Made by a program: the position numbers and the translations under genes. Shown here piece after piece: positions 7,504-15,850 of a stretch of 32,000 bases of DNA (within the stretch, counting starts at the first letter, position 1; each line of letters begins with the position of its first letter). The DNA comes from Xylella taiwanensis (GTDB lineage Bacteria > Pseudomonadota > Gammaproteobacteria > Xanthomonadales > Xanthomonadaceae): assembly GCF_013177435.1 (NCBI RefSeq), contig NZ_CP053627.1:540001-572000 (forward strand), written 5' to 3'. The notes beneath the pieces are model-generated. The model saw only the letters and a program-made list of their open reading frames with translations, was not told the DNA's origin and ran no database searches.

Positions 7504-7858
7504 AAATCCTGTTGTGTCAGTTGCCTATTGATTCAGTACCACGGTGAAAAGTGAATGTTGGCACCATGAAACAGCGGTGATATCCCATCGCATCGTACTG
7601 ATGTCGAACCCTTTGGCAGTGGCGGCGTGAGCCGTCCTGCCGCATGATCCATGCTCCGAAGTATGGGTGCGAGGGATTCCCCGAACGCACGCCGGCCGCG
7701 TGTGTGGTCATGTTCTGTGCAAGGTGACACGCATCTCATGTTCGTCTGCTGGCCGCTTTTTGTGCATGCCGAACACGACTGTCAGAGCGTGTTCTTCTTC
7801 CGGCGTGATGCGGTAGGCAAGGTCCTTAGAGGGACTGTCACACTGCTTGCATCGGATT

Positions 7859-8251
7859 TCACAGAATCAGGGTCAGTCCCAGCGTGCCACTTCGAACGCC
7901 GGGCGCGGTAGGTTTACTTTCACAGTCACCAAGGCGGGCACTATGTGGGAGGTGCTTGTTGTGCCAGTCTGCAAAATCGTAAGAGTTGAAGGGCCGCAAT
8001 GAGTACTTGGCCAGTAGTTCTATTTTGAATTTCTTGGGTCGTACTCGTTCCACGTGGCTTGGGTACGATGGCTGGAGATGCCATGTGCGATGTGTGGCAG
8101 CGCATTGTGCAGGACGCAGTCCGGCAATGTGGTGTCGTATATCCAGATTCTGCACTCCGGTGTTCATTGTGTGGCTTGATGATGTCTTGTTCTTGTCGTT
8201 GAGTCCCGCACGCCAGCTACATAGATCAGACGGCGTGCCTTGTTCCCGCAT
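7859..8251 (-). pseudogene. Candidate C-terminal remnant of a P4-type tyrosine integrase (N-terminal ~250 aa missing)
   Basis: The 130-aa ORF reads '...HTMNTGVQNLDIRHHIAGLRPAQCAATHRTWHLQPSYPSHVERVRPKKFKIELLAKYSLRPFNSYDFADW...'. Order and spacing track the P4/CP4-57-type C-terminus as I recall it (S.NT.N.AL ... HGFR ... W ... LAH ... VR.AY ... L..RR.MMQ.WADY). The catalytic positions are degraded. It sits where an integrase is expected, just downstream of the tRNA-Leu 3' end. Motif-level resemblance only. Confidence 0.35.
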
Positions 8252-8337
8252 TCATGGATGCTCGCCACGAGGAGCATGGGATAGGGAATGTCTGGGGAGT
8301 CAGGGCGGGCGGATCCGGGAGAAACGTAGTGTCGACT

Positions 8338-8373
8338 AAAAATGAAAATGCCCGGAACCTTCACAAGCCGGGC
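8338..8373 (-). terminator. Rho-independent terminator downstream of tRNA-Leu
   Basis: The minus strand reads GCCCGG-CTTGTGAAGGTT-CCGGGC followed by ATTTTCATTTTT. The stem arms are 8350-8355 and 8368-8373. Confidence 0.6.
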
Positions 8374-8422
8374 GTTTCATAGTGAACCTGGTTTAACAGC
8401 GTGGTCTTCCAGATTCCGGTGA

Positions 8423-8509
8423 TGGTGCCGAAGGTGGGACTCGAACCCACACACTTTTAAGGGTGGCGGATTTTGAGTCCGCTGCGTCTACCGATTCCGC
8501 CACTTCGGC
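8423..8509 (-). tRNA. tRNA-Leu (anticodon CAA), type II with long variable arm, CCA encoded
   Basis: Reverse complement is GCCGAAGTGGCGGAATCGGTAGACGCAGCGGACTCAAAATCCGCCACCCTTAAAAGTGTGTGGGTTCGAGTCCCACCTTCGGCACCA. Acceptor GCCGAAG/CTTCGGC, anticodon stem GCGGA/TCCGC, loop CTCAAAA, T-arm GTGGG-TTCGAGT-CCCAC. Confidence 0.95.
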
Positions 8510-8520
8510 GTGGAGTGGGG

Positions 8521-8550
8521 ATTATAGCGAAGGATCCAGGCCCGTGTGGA
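8521..8550 (-). promoter_or_regulatory. Putative sigma70 promoter for tRNA-Leu
   Basis: On the minus strand: a perfect TATAAT (8526..8521) 11 nt upstream of the tRNA-Leu 5' end, and TCCACA (8550..8545) with an 18-nt spacer. Confidence 0.45.
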
Positions 8551-8594
8551 GAAAACGATGATGTCGTAAGTAGCACGGCTGAGACGAGGGTGTT

Positions 8595-8631
8595 AAACAC
8601 AGAAACCTTCGACATTGGGGAGTATCGAAGG
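8595..8631 (-). terminator. Hairpin + U-rich tract immediately 3' of tRNA-Glu (terminator or processing site)
   Basis: The minus strand reads CCTTCGA-(12-nt loop)-TCGAAGG, with arms at 8625-8631 and 8606-8612, starting 2 nt after the tRNA-Glu CCA. It is followed by TTTCTGTGTTT. Confidence 0.35.
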
Positions 8632-8633
8632 TA

Positions 8634-8709
8634 TGGCGTCCCCACGGGGATTCGAACCCCGGTCGCCACCGTGAAAGGGTGATGTCCTAGGCCTCTAGAC
8701 GATGGGGAC
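8634..8709 (-). tRNA. tRNA-Glu (anticodon UUC), CCA encoded
   Basis: Reverse complement is GTCCCCATCGTCTAGAGGCCTAGGACATCACCCTTTCACGGTGGCGACCGGGGTTCGAATCCCCGTGGGGACGCCA, very close to the canonical gammaproteobacterial tRNA-Glu. Anticodon loop is CTTTCAC. Confidence 0.95.
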
Positions 8710-8762
8710 ACACGATGAACAACATATTGCTACCGCTTCCTATTTTCTTGGTGAGCGGGCGT

Positions 8763-8838
8763 TGGTGGAGCCAGCCGGGGTCGAACCGACGACCTCTTGC
8801 ATGCCATGCAAGTGCTCTACCAACTGAGCTATGGCCCC
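8763..8838 (-). tRNA. tRNA-Ala (anticodon GGC), CCA encoded
   Basis: Reverse complement is GGGGCCATAGCTCAGTTGGTAGAGCACTTGCATGGCATGCAAGAGGTCGTCGGTTCGACCCCGGCTGGCTCCACCA. The G3:U70 identity pair is present. Anticodon stem CTTGC/GCAAG, loop ATGGCAT. Confidence 0.95.
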
Positions 8839-8855
8839 TCGAAATCGAGGTTGCG

Positions 8856-8884
8856 ATCATATCTGGGCGATAAATACTGCGCAA
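8856..8884 (-). promoter_or_regulatory. Putative sigma70 promoter for tRNA-Ala/tRNA-Glu
   Basis: On the minus strand: TTGCGC (8884..8879), 17-nt spacer, TATGAT (8861..8856), 17 nt upstream of the tRNA-Ala 5' end. Confidence 0.4.
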
Positions 8885-9876
8885 GCACTTTCTTACAGTG
8901 ATCGTTGTTTGATGCCGTACAGGCCGTGCAGTGCGTTATCGTGTCAACGACCCGAAAAAATACATGGACGATCAGTGATCTTCTGATCACTCTCCCTGGC
9001 CAAATCGAGGCTCATTCACGGATGCTGATGATCGCTTTTCCGGTAAGTTGTCACTGCGTGTGGGACGAGAGCGATCGTGTTAATTAACCACTGGGTTTCG
9101 GATAGGCAGGATCGATTGGCACGTTCCATTCGATGCGATGGCGCTGGACAAATAATGGGATGCGTGGTGATCGATGGCTATGGCCTCGTTTCAAATTGGA
9201 TAGGCAAAGGGGTGATGTCAGTGATTTCCTTATCTGAGAAGCACTGTATTCGTGATTACATGGTTGTGTTTTTGTTCGATGTATTTGATCAAGATTCCGG
9301 TCAGGTACGGTGTCGGTTAGTGCCGATGCGCGCCGCGTGGATCTTGGATAAGCGTTCTTCTTGCCGATGATGATGTTGTAGTTCTGACAGGCGTAGATCA
9401 GCCATGAGATTGTTGCTTGGATAACTGTAGGTATGGCTACGGTTGTTGGTGAGGTGTTGACTGGATGCGATCTGCGATGAGGGCGATCACCATGATGAGA
9501 CCGACAGAGAATGGCTGTATGTGCATATGGTGATAGTCGTGATTTTGCCGACCTATCTAATGTTGATGAGCAATGATTTTTCTTAACTCTCTGAATGGTG
9601 CGTCTGTCTGATTGTCAGTGGCTGAGTGTTCGGTTTCTTTTTTGCCGATGGTCTGTCCACAGGCACGGCGTGGCTTCAGTACACGGCTGACGCTTAGCGT
9701 TACTGAACGTGACTGGATTGCTTAGTTCACCTGATGTCAGGGAGGGTTGGACCGAATGCTGTGGTAAATAGGGCGTTTCCAATGTGGGGTATGGGTGTTA
9801 CTCGATCTGGTGTCCAGTCAGTCGTTTGGGTGTCGATGTGATAGGCCTTTCCGTGAAGAAACGCAGATGCACCCAT

Positions 9877-10536
9877 TTATTTGGCGCGTACTTGACGGAT
9901 GATTGCCGTGGCTTTTGACGATGCGTTTTTGACGTTGTCCCAATGACCTTGGGTGAGCCACTCTTTGGGCACCATCCACGAGCCGCCGATACAGACCACG
10001 TTCGGTTGTGCTAGATACTCTCTGGCATTGGTTTCGTTGATACCGCCAGTGGGGCATAACTTTAGGTCGGCCAGCGGTCCGGCCAAGCTGGTGAGCATGT
10101 GCAGGCCGCCGGCCACATTGGCCGGAAACAATTTGCAGACGCGGAAGCCCAACATCATCAGTGTGAGCAATTCCGTTGGTGTGGCCGCACCTGGTACTGC
10201 CGGGATTGGTGCATTGGCCAGCATCTGTGCCAACGCCGTAGGTGTTCCTGGTGTGATAAGAAAGTCGGCTCCGGCATCTATGGATTGGCGTAACTGTAGT
10301 TCGTTGAGTACGGTTCCCGCTCCGATCATGATGTCTGGTTGTTCGCGCTTGAGTGTCGCTAATGCCTCGATGGCCACCGGGGTCCGTAAGGTCAACTCGA
10401 TCGTGGTGAGGCCGCCTTCCAGCAGTGCGGTGACGACACGGCGAGCCTGATCTAGTGTGTCCACGGTGACGACTGGCAGGATACCGGCGCTGTATAGCAG
10501 AGATTCGGCCTTGTTTTGGGTTTCAATGATGCTCAT
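9877..10536 (-). CDS. eda: KHG/KDPG aldolase (2-dehydro-3-deoxy-phosphogluconate aldolase)
   Basis: 219 aa. 'ILPVVTVDTLDQARRVVTALLEGGLTTIELTLRTP...AGTVL...FLITPG...PGAATPTE...KLFPA...CPTGGI' is the typical Eda pattern. Sits downstream of edd. Confidence 0.92.
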   Translation of the reverse strand: MSIIETQNKAESLLYSAGILPVVTVDTLDQARRVVTALLEGGLTTIELTLRTPVAIEALATLKREQPDIMIGAGTVLNELQLRQSIDAGADFLITPGTPTALAQMLANAPIPAVPGAATPTELLTLMMLGFRVCKLFPANVAGGLHMLTSLAGPLADLKLCPTGGINETNAREYLAQPNVVCIGGSWMVPKEWLTQGHWDNVKNASSKATAIIRQVRAK

Positions 10537-10627
10537 TCACGTCTTTATAGGTCAGTGTCGATGGGACAACGAGTGCGTCCGGCAAGTGGTGTGTGTGCTA
10601 TTCAGGGCGTGTATTGCTTTTAATGTT

Positions 10628-12544
10628 TCAGGCGTCCTTGGATTCGTCTGTCAGGGTGGCCACGGTTGCATGATCGTCCGGTGCGTATTTGGCATCGTCG
10701 CTCCACAAGTGATCGTTCAGAGGTAGCGGACCACAGGAGATTGAGAGTGCACCCTGGTCGGCGGGACCGACCACTTGGCGGTTGATTGCGAATAGGTTGC
10801 GTCCTAGATCGTTGCTGGTCGCCGCGGTGTTTGGCGCGTGTGTGCGTGTCATCCACTCGGTGGCTGGCACCAGGACTTCCAGGGTGCCGGCTTCACCATC
10901 CAGGCGCAGGAGATCGCCTTCGCGGATGCGTCCAATCGGGCCACCGCGCGCTGCTTCTGGGGTCAAGTGGATCGCTGCCGGGAACTTACCCGAAGCACCG
11001 GATAGACGTCCGTCGGTGACCAGCGCCACCCGCCGGCCCTGGTTTTGCAGCAAGCCTAGCAGTGGTGCCAGTGAGTGAAGTTCTGGCATTCCGTTGGCGC
11101 GTGGTCCCTGATAGCGCACCACCACGATGAAATCCTTTGGGAGTGCGGCTGCAGCGTGCAGCTTATTCAGTGTTTGCGGTGTGTCGATCACCACGGCTGG
11201 TGCTTCGATTGTCCGGTATTCCGGCTTAACTGCTGATAGTTTGATCAGCGCGCGGCCTAGATTGCCATGCAGTAGACGCAGGCCTCCTTGGGCCTCGAAT
11301 GGATGGGTTACTGGGCGTACTACGGACTCGTCAGTGCTAGCGGTTGGCGACGGACTGTAGCCGAGTGTACCGTTGTGCAAGTGAGGTTCTTGGGTGTAGG
11401 CACGCATGCCACCTTCGATGATGGTCGGGAGGGTGTCGTACATCAGTCCAGCGTCCATCAGTTCACGGAACACGAAGGCAGTGCCCCCGGCTGCATGGAA
11501 GCGATTCACGTCGGCCTCACCGTTGGGATAGATGCGTGCCAGCAATGGTACGGTCTGGGAGATTAGATCCATATCGTCCCAGGTCAGCAAGATGCCGGCT
11601 GCACGTGCCACGGCGATCCAGTGAATGGTGTGGTTGGTCGAACCTCCTGTGGCCATGAGGGCGACGATGGCATTGACGATGGCGCGTTCATCAATCAAAC
11701 GGCCAATTGGGCGGAAATCCTGCCCCAGTGCGGTGATGTGCAGTGCACATTCGGTGGCGGCGTGGGTCAATGCTTCGCGCAGCGGTGTGCCTGGAGAGAT
11801 GAACGAGGCGCCGGGCAATTGCACACCCATCGCTTCCAGCAATACTTGGTTGGAATTGGCGGTGCCATAGAAGGTGCAGGTTCCTGGGGCGTGGTAGGAG
11901 GCTGCCTCGGCTGCGAGCAGTTCAGCACGTGTTGCCTGACCAGCCGCGTAGCGTTCGCGTATTTCTGCTTTTTGTTTGTTTGGGATGCCGGATGGCATGG
12001 GGCCGGCGGGTACGAACACGGCGGGCAGGTGGCCAAATGCCAATGCACCGATCAGCAGACCGGGTACGATTTTGTCGCATACCCCCAGATACATGACTGC
12101 GTCGAACATGTCGTGGCTCAGCCCGATGGCGGTGCCTTGAGCAATGTTGTCGCGTGAGAATAGCGACAGTTCCATGCCTGCACGGCCTTGGGTGACGCCA
12201 TCGCACATGGCTGGGACACTTCCGGCGACCTGTGCAGTTGCACCGAGTGCACGTGCGGTGTTACGGATGATGTGTGGGTAATGTTCGAACGGCTGGTGTG
12301 CTGAAAGCATGTCGTTGTAAGCGGTAATGATGCCCAAATTCGGGGTGATTACCTCGCGCAGGCGTTCTTTGTCGGTTGTGCCGCAGGCGGCGAAGCCGTG
12401 GGCGAGGTTACCGCAGCTCAGGCGGCTGCGGGATGGTCCGTTACGCAGCGCTGTATCGATCCCGGTGAGGTAACTGGCGCGAGAGGTGGCACTGCGCTGA
12501 CGGATATGGTCGGTGACGGCTTGAATGTTCGGATGTAGGTGCAT
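10628..12544 (-). CDS. edd: Phosphogluconate dehydratase
   Basis: 638 aa, collinear with Edd as I recall it: 'LSCGNLAHGFAAC', 'ITAYNDMLSAHQP', 'VPAMCDGVTQG', 'GVCDKIVPG', 'ASYHAPGTCTFYGTANSNQ', 'TDGRLSGASGK'. It carries about 35 extra C-terminal residues relative to E. coli Edd as I recall it. Confidence 0.95.
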   Translation of the reverse strand: MHLHPNIQAVTDHIRQRSATSRASYLTGIDTALRNGPSRSRLSCGNLAHGFAACGTTDKERLREVITPNLGIITAYNDMLSAHQPFEHYPHIIRNTARALGATAQVAGSVPAMCDGVTQGRAGMELSLFSRDNIAQGTAIGLSHDMFDAVMYLGVCDKIVPGLLIGALAFGHLPAVFVPAGPMPSGIPNKQKAEIRERYAAGQATRAELLAAEAASYHAPGTCTFYGTANSNQVLLEAMGVQLPGASFISPGTPLREALTHAATECALHITALGQDFRPIGRLIDERAIVNAIVALMATGGSTNHTIHWIAVARAAGILLTWDDMDLISQTVPLLARIYPNGEADVNRFHAAGGTAFVFRELMDAGLMYDTLPTIIEGGMRAYTQEPHLHNGTLGYSPSPTASTDESVVRPVTHPFEAQGGLRLLHGNLGRALIKLSAVKPEYRTIEAPAVVIDTPQTLNKLHAAAALPKDFIVVVRYQGPRANGMPELHSLAPLLGLLQNQGRRVALVTDGRLSGASGKFPAAIHLTPEAARGGPIGRIREGDLLRLDGEAGTLEVLVPATEWMTRTHAPNTAATSNDLGRNLFAINRQVVGPADQGALSISCGPLPLNDHLWSDDAKYAPDDHATVATLTDESKDA

Positions 12545-12690
12545 TGGCGATGGGCTATCAATGGAGCGGCGGTGGATCAGCTGACTTCGCGCTTGGTTGC
12601 ATCCCAGTTATTGAGAGGCACTGGAGGTGCAGTCCGTTGTAAGGGATTGGATTGTTTGCAATGGACGTATCGCGTCTTGTGACAGCTTGG

Positions 12691-13410
12691 TTAAGCACAC
12701 CAGTGCACGCGTAGATGCACATCCGGAAGATCGATCACGGCTCTTATTGGATAGTCCAGTGGATCTTTGCAGGAGAGTGCTGTCTCCAGAACCTTAAGTT
12801 TTTGTTTGCCGCGCAGCAGTAGGAAACGGTGTGGAATTTTGCCGAGTCCGGCTGGAGTGAGGGTGATACGCAGCGGCCAGGCGTTCGCACCGGGGCAGCC
12901 GGTTGCATCAAGCGCTGCATAGGGTTGGGATGTGTTGATGGCTTTGGGGAGATCCCGCGAACCTGGAAACAGTGAGGCGGTGTGACCGTCGTTGCCCATG
13001 CCTAGCAATGCAGCGCAGGGTGGGGGTGCATTGGTGATCTGAAGGTTGGCGTCATGCACGCATTGGTTCAATGTTTTGCCTGGTCGTATCAGTGGCAGGA
13101 ATGTGGCGTGTTCAGCGTGTTCTAAAAGAGTGTGTCGTACTAGCCAAGCGTTACTGTCTTTGTCTTGCGGTGATAGCCAGCGCTCGTCTACTAGGCCGAT
13201 GTCGATCTTGGACCAGTTCAAGGACCGTGTGGCGAGTGCCTCGTAGACCGGTGCCGGTGTGGTGCCACCAGAGAGCAGCAGGCAGGCGCGGCCACGCTGG
13301 GCGGTCTCCTGCAGGAGGATGCTCTCCAATTCTCTGGTGACAGCCTGAGTCCACTCCAGCGGATCGTCGTAGCTCATCAGGGTGATGCGTTCGTCGTTTG
13401 GAGGGGTCAT
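12691..13410 (-). CDS. pgl: 6-phosphogluconolactonase
   Basis: 'LLLSGGTTPAPVYEAL...IDIGLVDERWLSPQDKDSN...LGMGNDGHTASLFP' is the Pgl/DevB pattern. Start set at ATG 13410, which forms an ATGA overlap with the glk stop (13407-13410). The track start 13434 would overlap glk by 28 nt. Confidence 0.9.
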   Translation of the reverse strand: MTPPNDERITLMSYDDPLEWTQAVTRELESILLQETAQRGRACLLLSGGTTPAPVYEALATRSLNWSKIDIGLVDERWLSPQDKDSNAWLVRHTLLEHAEHATFLPLIRPGKTLNQCVHDANLQITNAPPPCAALLGMGNDGHTASLFPGSRDLPKAINTSQPYAALDATGCPGANAWPLRITLTPAGLGKIPHRFLLLRGKQKLKVLETALSCKDPLDYPIRAVIDLPDVHLRVHWCA

Positions 13411-14420
13411 GCCTTGATTTCCTGCTGGGTGCACTCGGTGTTCAGTGCGTAGGCGGCTGCGCCGAGCAAGCCAGCGCGTGGGTGGATCACTGCCAACGCG
13501 GGGATACGGGCCATGATGGCCGAAAATCGACCCTTATTTTCAAATCTCTGGCGGAAACCGGAATGCTGTATTGAGTTCAGTAGTTTGGGAACTAGGCCGC
13601 CTGTCAGAAATACACCATCCCAAGCACCTTGCATGAGCACCATGTCACCAGCGATCGCGCCGAAGATACTGCAGAACAGGTCGATGGTGCGTGTGGCGCG
13701 CATGTCGCCGTTAGCAGCGCGCATGGTGATGTCTTGAGGACGTAGGGGGCCTGGGTCGGTTCCGGCGATTTCACTGAGTGCGCGGTGAATGTTGACCAGT
13801 CCTGGGCCAGAGATCAGGCGTTCGTTGGAGACGCGCCCGAATTGCTGTGACAGGATCTCCAGGATCCGGATTTCTTCTGGGGTGCCTGGCGGGAAGCTGA
13901 CATGACCGCCTTCGGTTTCCAGCGGATAACAGCGGCCACTGCGAATCACGAGCCCGCCTACGCCCAGTCCGGTGCCGGGGCCGATGACGCCATAGTTGCG
14001 CGGTGCCGCTGATAGCGGGACCTGTTCCCATTTTGCACTGCCGATCTGGATGACATCTTGAGGGCGTAACAAGCTGGTTGCCATCGCTTGGGCGACAAAA
14101 TCGTTGATCAGGTGCAAGGTGTCGAAGCCGAGCATCGCTGCAGTGCGCGTGCGCGTGATGACCCAGGGATGATTGGTAATACGTGCTTCATCGCCGTCTA
14201 CACGTCCGGCGATAGCGAATACGCCCTTGGTGGTATGTATGCCGATTTGATTTAGATAGTACTGCGCAGCTTCGCCCAGTGAGGGGAATTTGATGACGGC
14301 AAACTCGCGCAAGGTGTCTTCCAGCAGTGGTGCTGAAATAAGAGTGGGGTTAGCCAGTGCAAAGCGGGCGTTGGTGCCTCCGATGTCGGCTACCAGCATG
14401 GGAGCCGTCGGCACGTTCAT
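13407..14420 (-). CDS. glk: Glucokinase
   Basis: 337 aa with 'LVADIGGTNARFAL' (ATP-binding N-terminus of Glk) and 'GPGTGLGV'. ATGA overlap with the zwf stop at 14417-14420. Confidence 0.92.
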   Translation of the reverse strand: MNVPTAPMLVADIGGTNARFALANPTLISAPLLEDTLREFAVIKFPSLGEAAQYYLNQIGIHTTKGVFAIAGRVDGDEARITNHPWVITRTRTAAMLGFDTLHLINDFVAQAMATSLLRPQDVIQIGSAKWEQVPLSAAPRNYGVIGPGTGLGVGGLVIRSGRCYPLETEGGHVSFPPGTPEEIRILEILSQQFGRVSNERLISGPGLVNIHRALSEIAGTDPGPLRPQDITMRAANGDMRATRTIDLFCSIFGAIAGDMVLMQGAWDGVFLTGGLVPKLLNSIQHSGFRQRFENKGRFSAIMARIPALAVIHPRAGLLGAAAYALNTECTQQEIKA

Positions 14421-15850
14421 GCGTTGTTTCCATGGCCATTGATCTCCAATGGCGGCAGAAATTGGCGAGCTTGGGATGGGCCCCAGCTACCGGCGGGGTA
14501 GGGTTGCAGTGCCAAGCCTGACAGCTCCCAGGCATTGCTGATGCTGTCGATCCAAGCCCAGGCGGCTTCGACTTCGTCGTTGCGTACAAACAGCGCCGGG
14601 TTGCCGTTGAATGCGTCGAGGAACAGACGCTCATAGGCAATGCGGCGATGTTGTCCGGTTGGCACGGATAGCTCCAGCTCCAGCGGTTGCAGTTCCAGTG
14701 TTCCCCATTCGGAGCCGGCTAAGCTGCTCATCAGATTCAGCTCGATATTCTCTTGTGGCTGTAGTTTGAAGCACAGCCGGTTCGGCACTGCATTGGTACG
14801 GTTTGGACGTTCGAACAGCCAGTGCGTGACGGGTTTGAGAGTGACGACGATCTGGGTTGAGCGCTCGGCCAAGCGTTTACCGGTGCACAGGTGGAATGGC
14901 ACACCCGCCCAGCGCCAGTTATCGATGTATGCAGTGACGCCGACAAAGGTCTCCACATTGCTGTCTTCCTGTGGTTGATAGGCGGGTACCGGCTGGCCGT
15001 TGATGGCACCCGCGCTGTAGCGTCCGCGCACACTGTCCATCAAGGCATTTTGTGCGTTCATCGGGCGTAGTGCGCGCAGCACTTTGACTTTTTCGTCGCG
15101 GATGCGGTCAGCTTCCAGAGATGCCGGGGGTTCCATGGCGACTAGGCACAGCAGTTGCAAGATGTGGCTTTGCATCATGTCACGTAGTGCGCCAGCACGT
15201 GCGTAGTAAGCATTGCGGCCATCTACGCCTTCGGTTTCGGCGACGAGAATCTGTACCGACTCGATGTGGTTTCGGTTCCATACCGCTTCCAGCAGGGTGT
15301 TTCCGAAGCGCAGTGCGACTAGGTTCTGTACGGCTGCTTTGCCTAGATAGTGATCTACGCGGAAGATGCGATCTTCGTCGATCAGGGTGCCGATGGTGTT
15401 GAGGATTTCGCGTGCGTTTGCTGAGTCGCGGCCGATCGGTTTTTCCAGCATCAATCGGTGGGGTGTCTTCAGTGCACCACCCTGGGCTAACCCCAGGGCG
15501 GTGCTGATGTACAGGCTTGGGGGTATTGCCAAGTAGCTAATGCAAGGGTGTACCGTCAAATTCCGGACTGCTTCGGCGACCGACATGGGGTCGTTTAAGT
15601 CGACAGAAAGGTAGTCGACACGCTGTAGTAGGGCCTGGATCTGTTTGGCGTTGGCGATTGGCAGTGCCTGCTCCAGGCGCCGGCGCATGATCTCGTGGAA
15701 TTGTTCGGTGTTATGGGGTGACAAGGCAAGGGCACGAATGCGGAAGTCTTTTGGCAACAAGCCGTCGATGAACAGGTGCAGCAAGGAGGGGAAGAGATAG
15801 CGCTGCGCGAGGTCACCAGTGGCACCGAACAATAAGAGGGTGTTGTGCAT
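14417..15850 (-). CDS. zwf: Glucose-6-phosphate 1-dehydrogenase
   Basis: 'LLLFGATGDLAQRYLFPSL', 'EKPIGRD', 'RVDHYLGKAAVQNL' and 'GALRDMMQSHILQLL' are G6PD signatures. ATG 15850 gives the usual short N-terminus before GATGDL. The track start at 15886 is a TTG 12 codons upstream and remains possible. Confidence 0.92.
   Translation of the reverse strand: MHNTLLLFGATGDLAQRYLFPSLLHLFIDGLLPKDFRIRALALSPHNTEQFHEIMRRRLEQALPIANAKQIQALLQRVDYLSVDLNDPMSVAEAVRNLTVHPCISYLAIPPSLYISTALGLAQGGALKTPHRLMLEKPIGRDSANAREILNTIGTLIDEDRIFRVDHYLGKAAVQNLVALRFGNTLLEAVWNRNHIESVQILVAETEGVDGRNAYYARAGALRDMMQSHILQLLCLVAMEPPASLEADRIRDEKVKVLRALRPMNAQNALMDSVRGRYSAGAINGQPVPAYQPQEDSNVETFVGVTAYIDNWRWAGVPFHLCTGKRLAERSTQIVVTLKPVTHWLFERPNRTNAVPNRLCFKLQPQENIELNLMSSLAGSEWGTLELQPLELELSVPTGQHRRIAYERLFLDAFNGNPALFVRNDEVEAAWAWIDSISNAWELSGLALQPYPAGSWGPSQARQFLPPLEINGHGNNA

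Noticed and set aside
7600-7625. 'TCGAACCC' match to the tRNA-Leu T-arm as a possible att remnant; also 'GCCGAAG' near 1083-1089
   Set aside because: These are only 7-8 nt matches with no extension, which is expected by chance. No convincing direct repeat of the tRNA-Leu 3' end was found inside the window.
7504-8340. A second minus-strand frame (with 5 in-frame stops) read as a tyrosine-recombinase catalytic domain ('ECGNKARRL...THCGPSTLTILQTG...')
   Set aside because: The resemblance is weaker than for the uninterrupted 7859-8251 frame, and the two readings are mutually exclusive. Kept only as a caution about over-reading this region. 'RITPEEEHAL' (MobC/RHH-like) in the same frame is likewise too short to call.
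8457-8884. Track ORFs 8457..8711(-), 8473..8682(+) and 8687..8884(-)
   Set aside because: They lie across the three tRNA genes and their spacers, so they are spurious.
9953-10450. 165-aa plus-strand ORF
   Set aside because: It is antisense shadow of eda, with no motif and biased composition.
11621-12157. 178-aa plus-strand ORF and other ORFs antisense to edd (10782..11078, 11288..11566, 11767..12206)
   Set aside because: They are shadows of a strongly supported gene and are Gly/Cys/Arg-rich.
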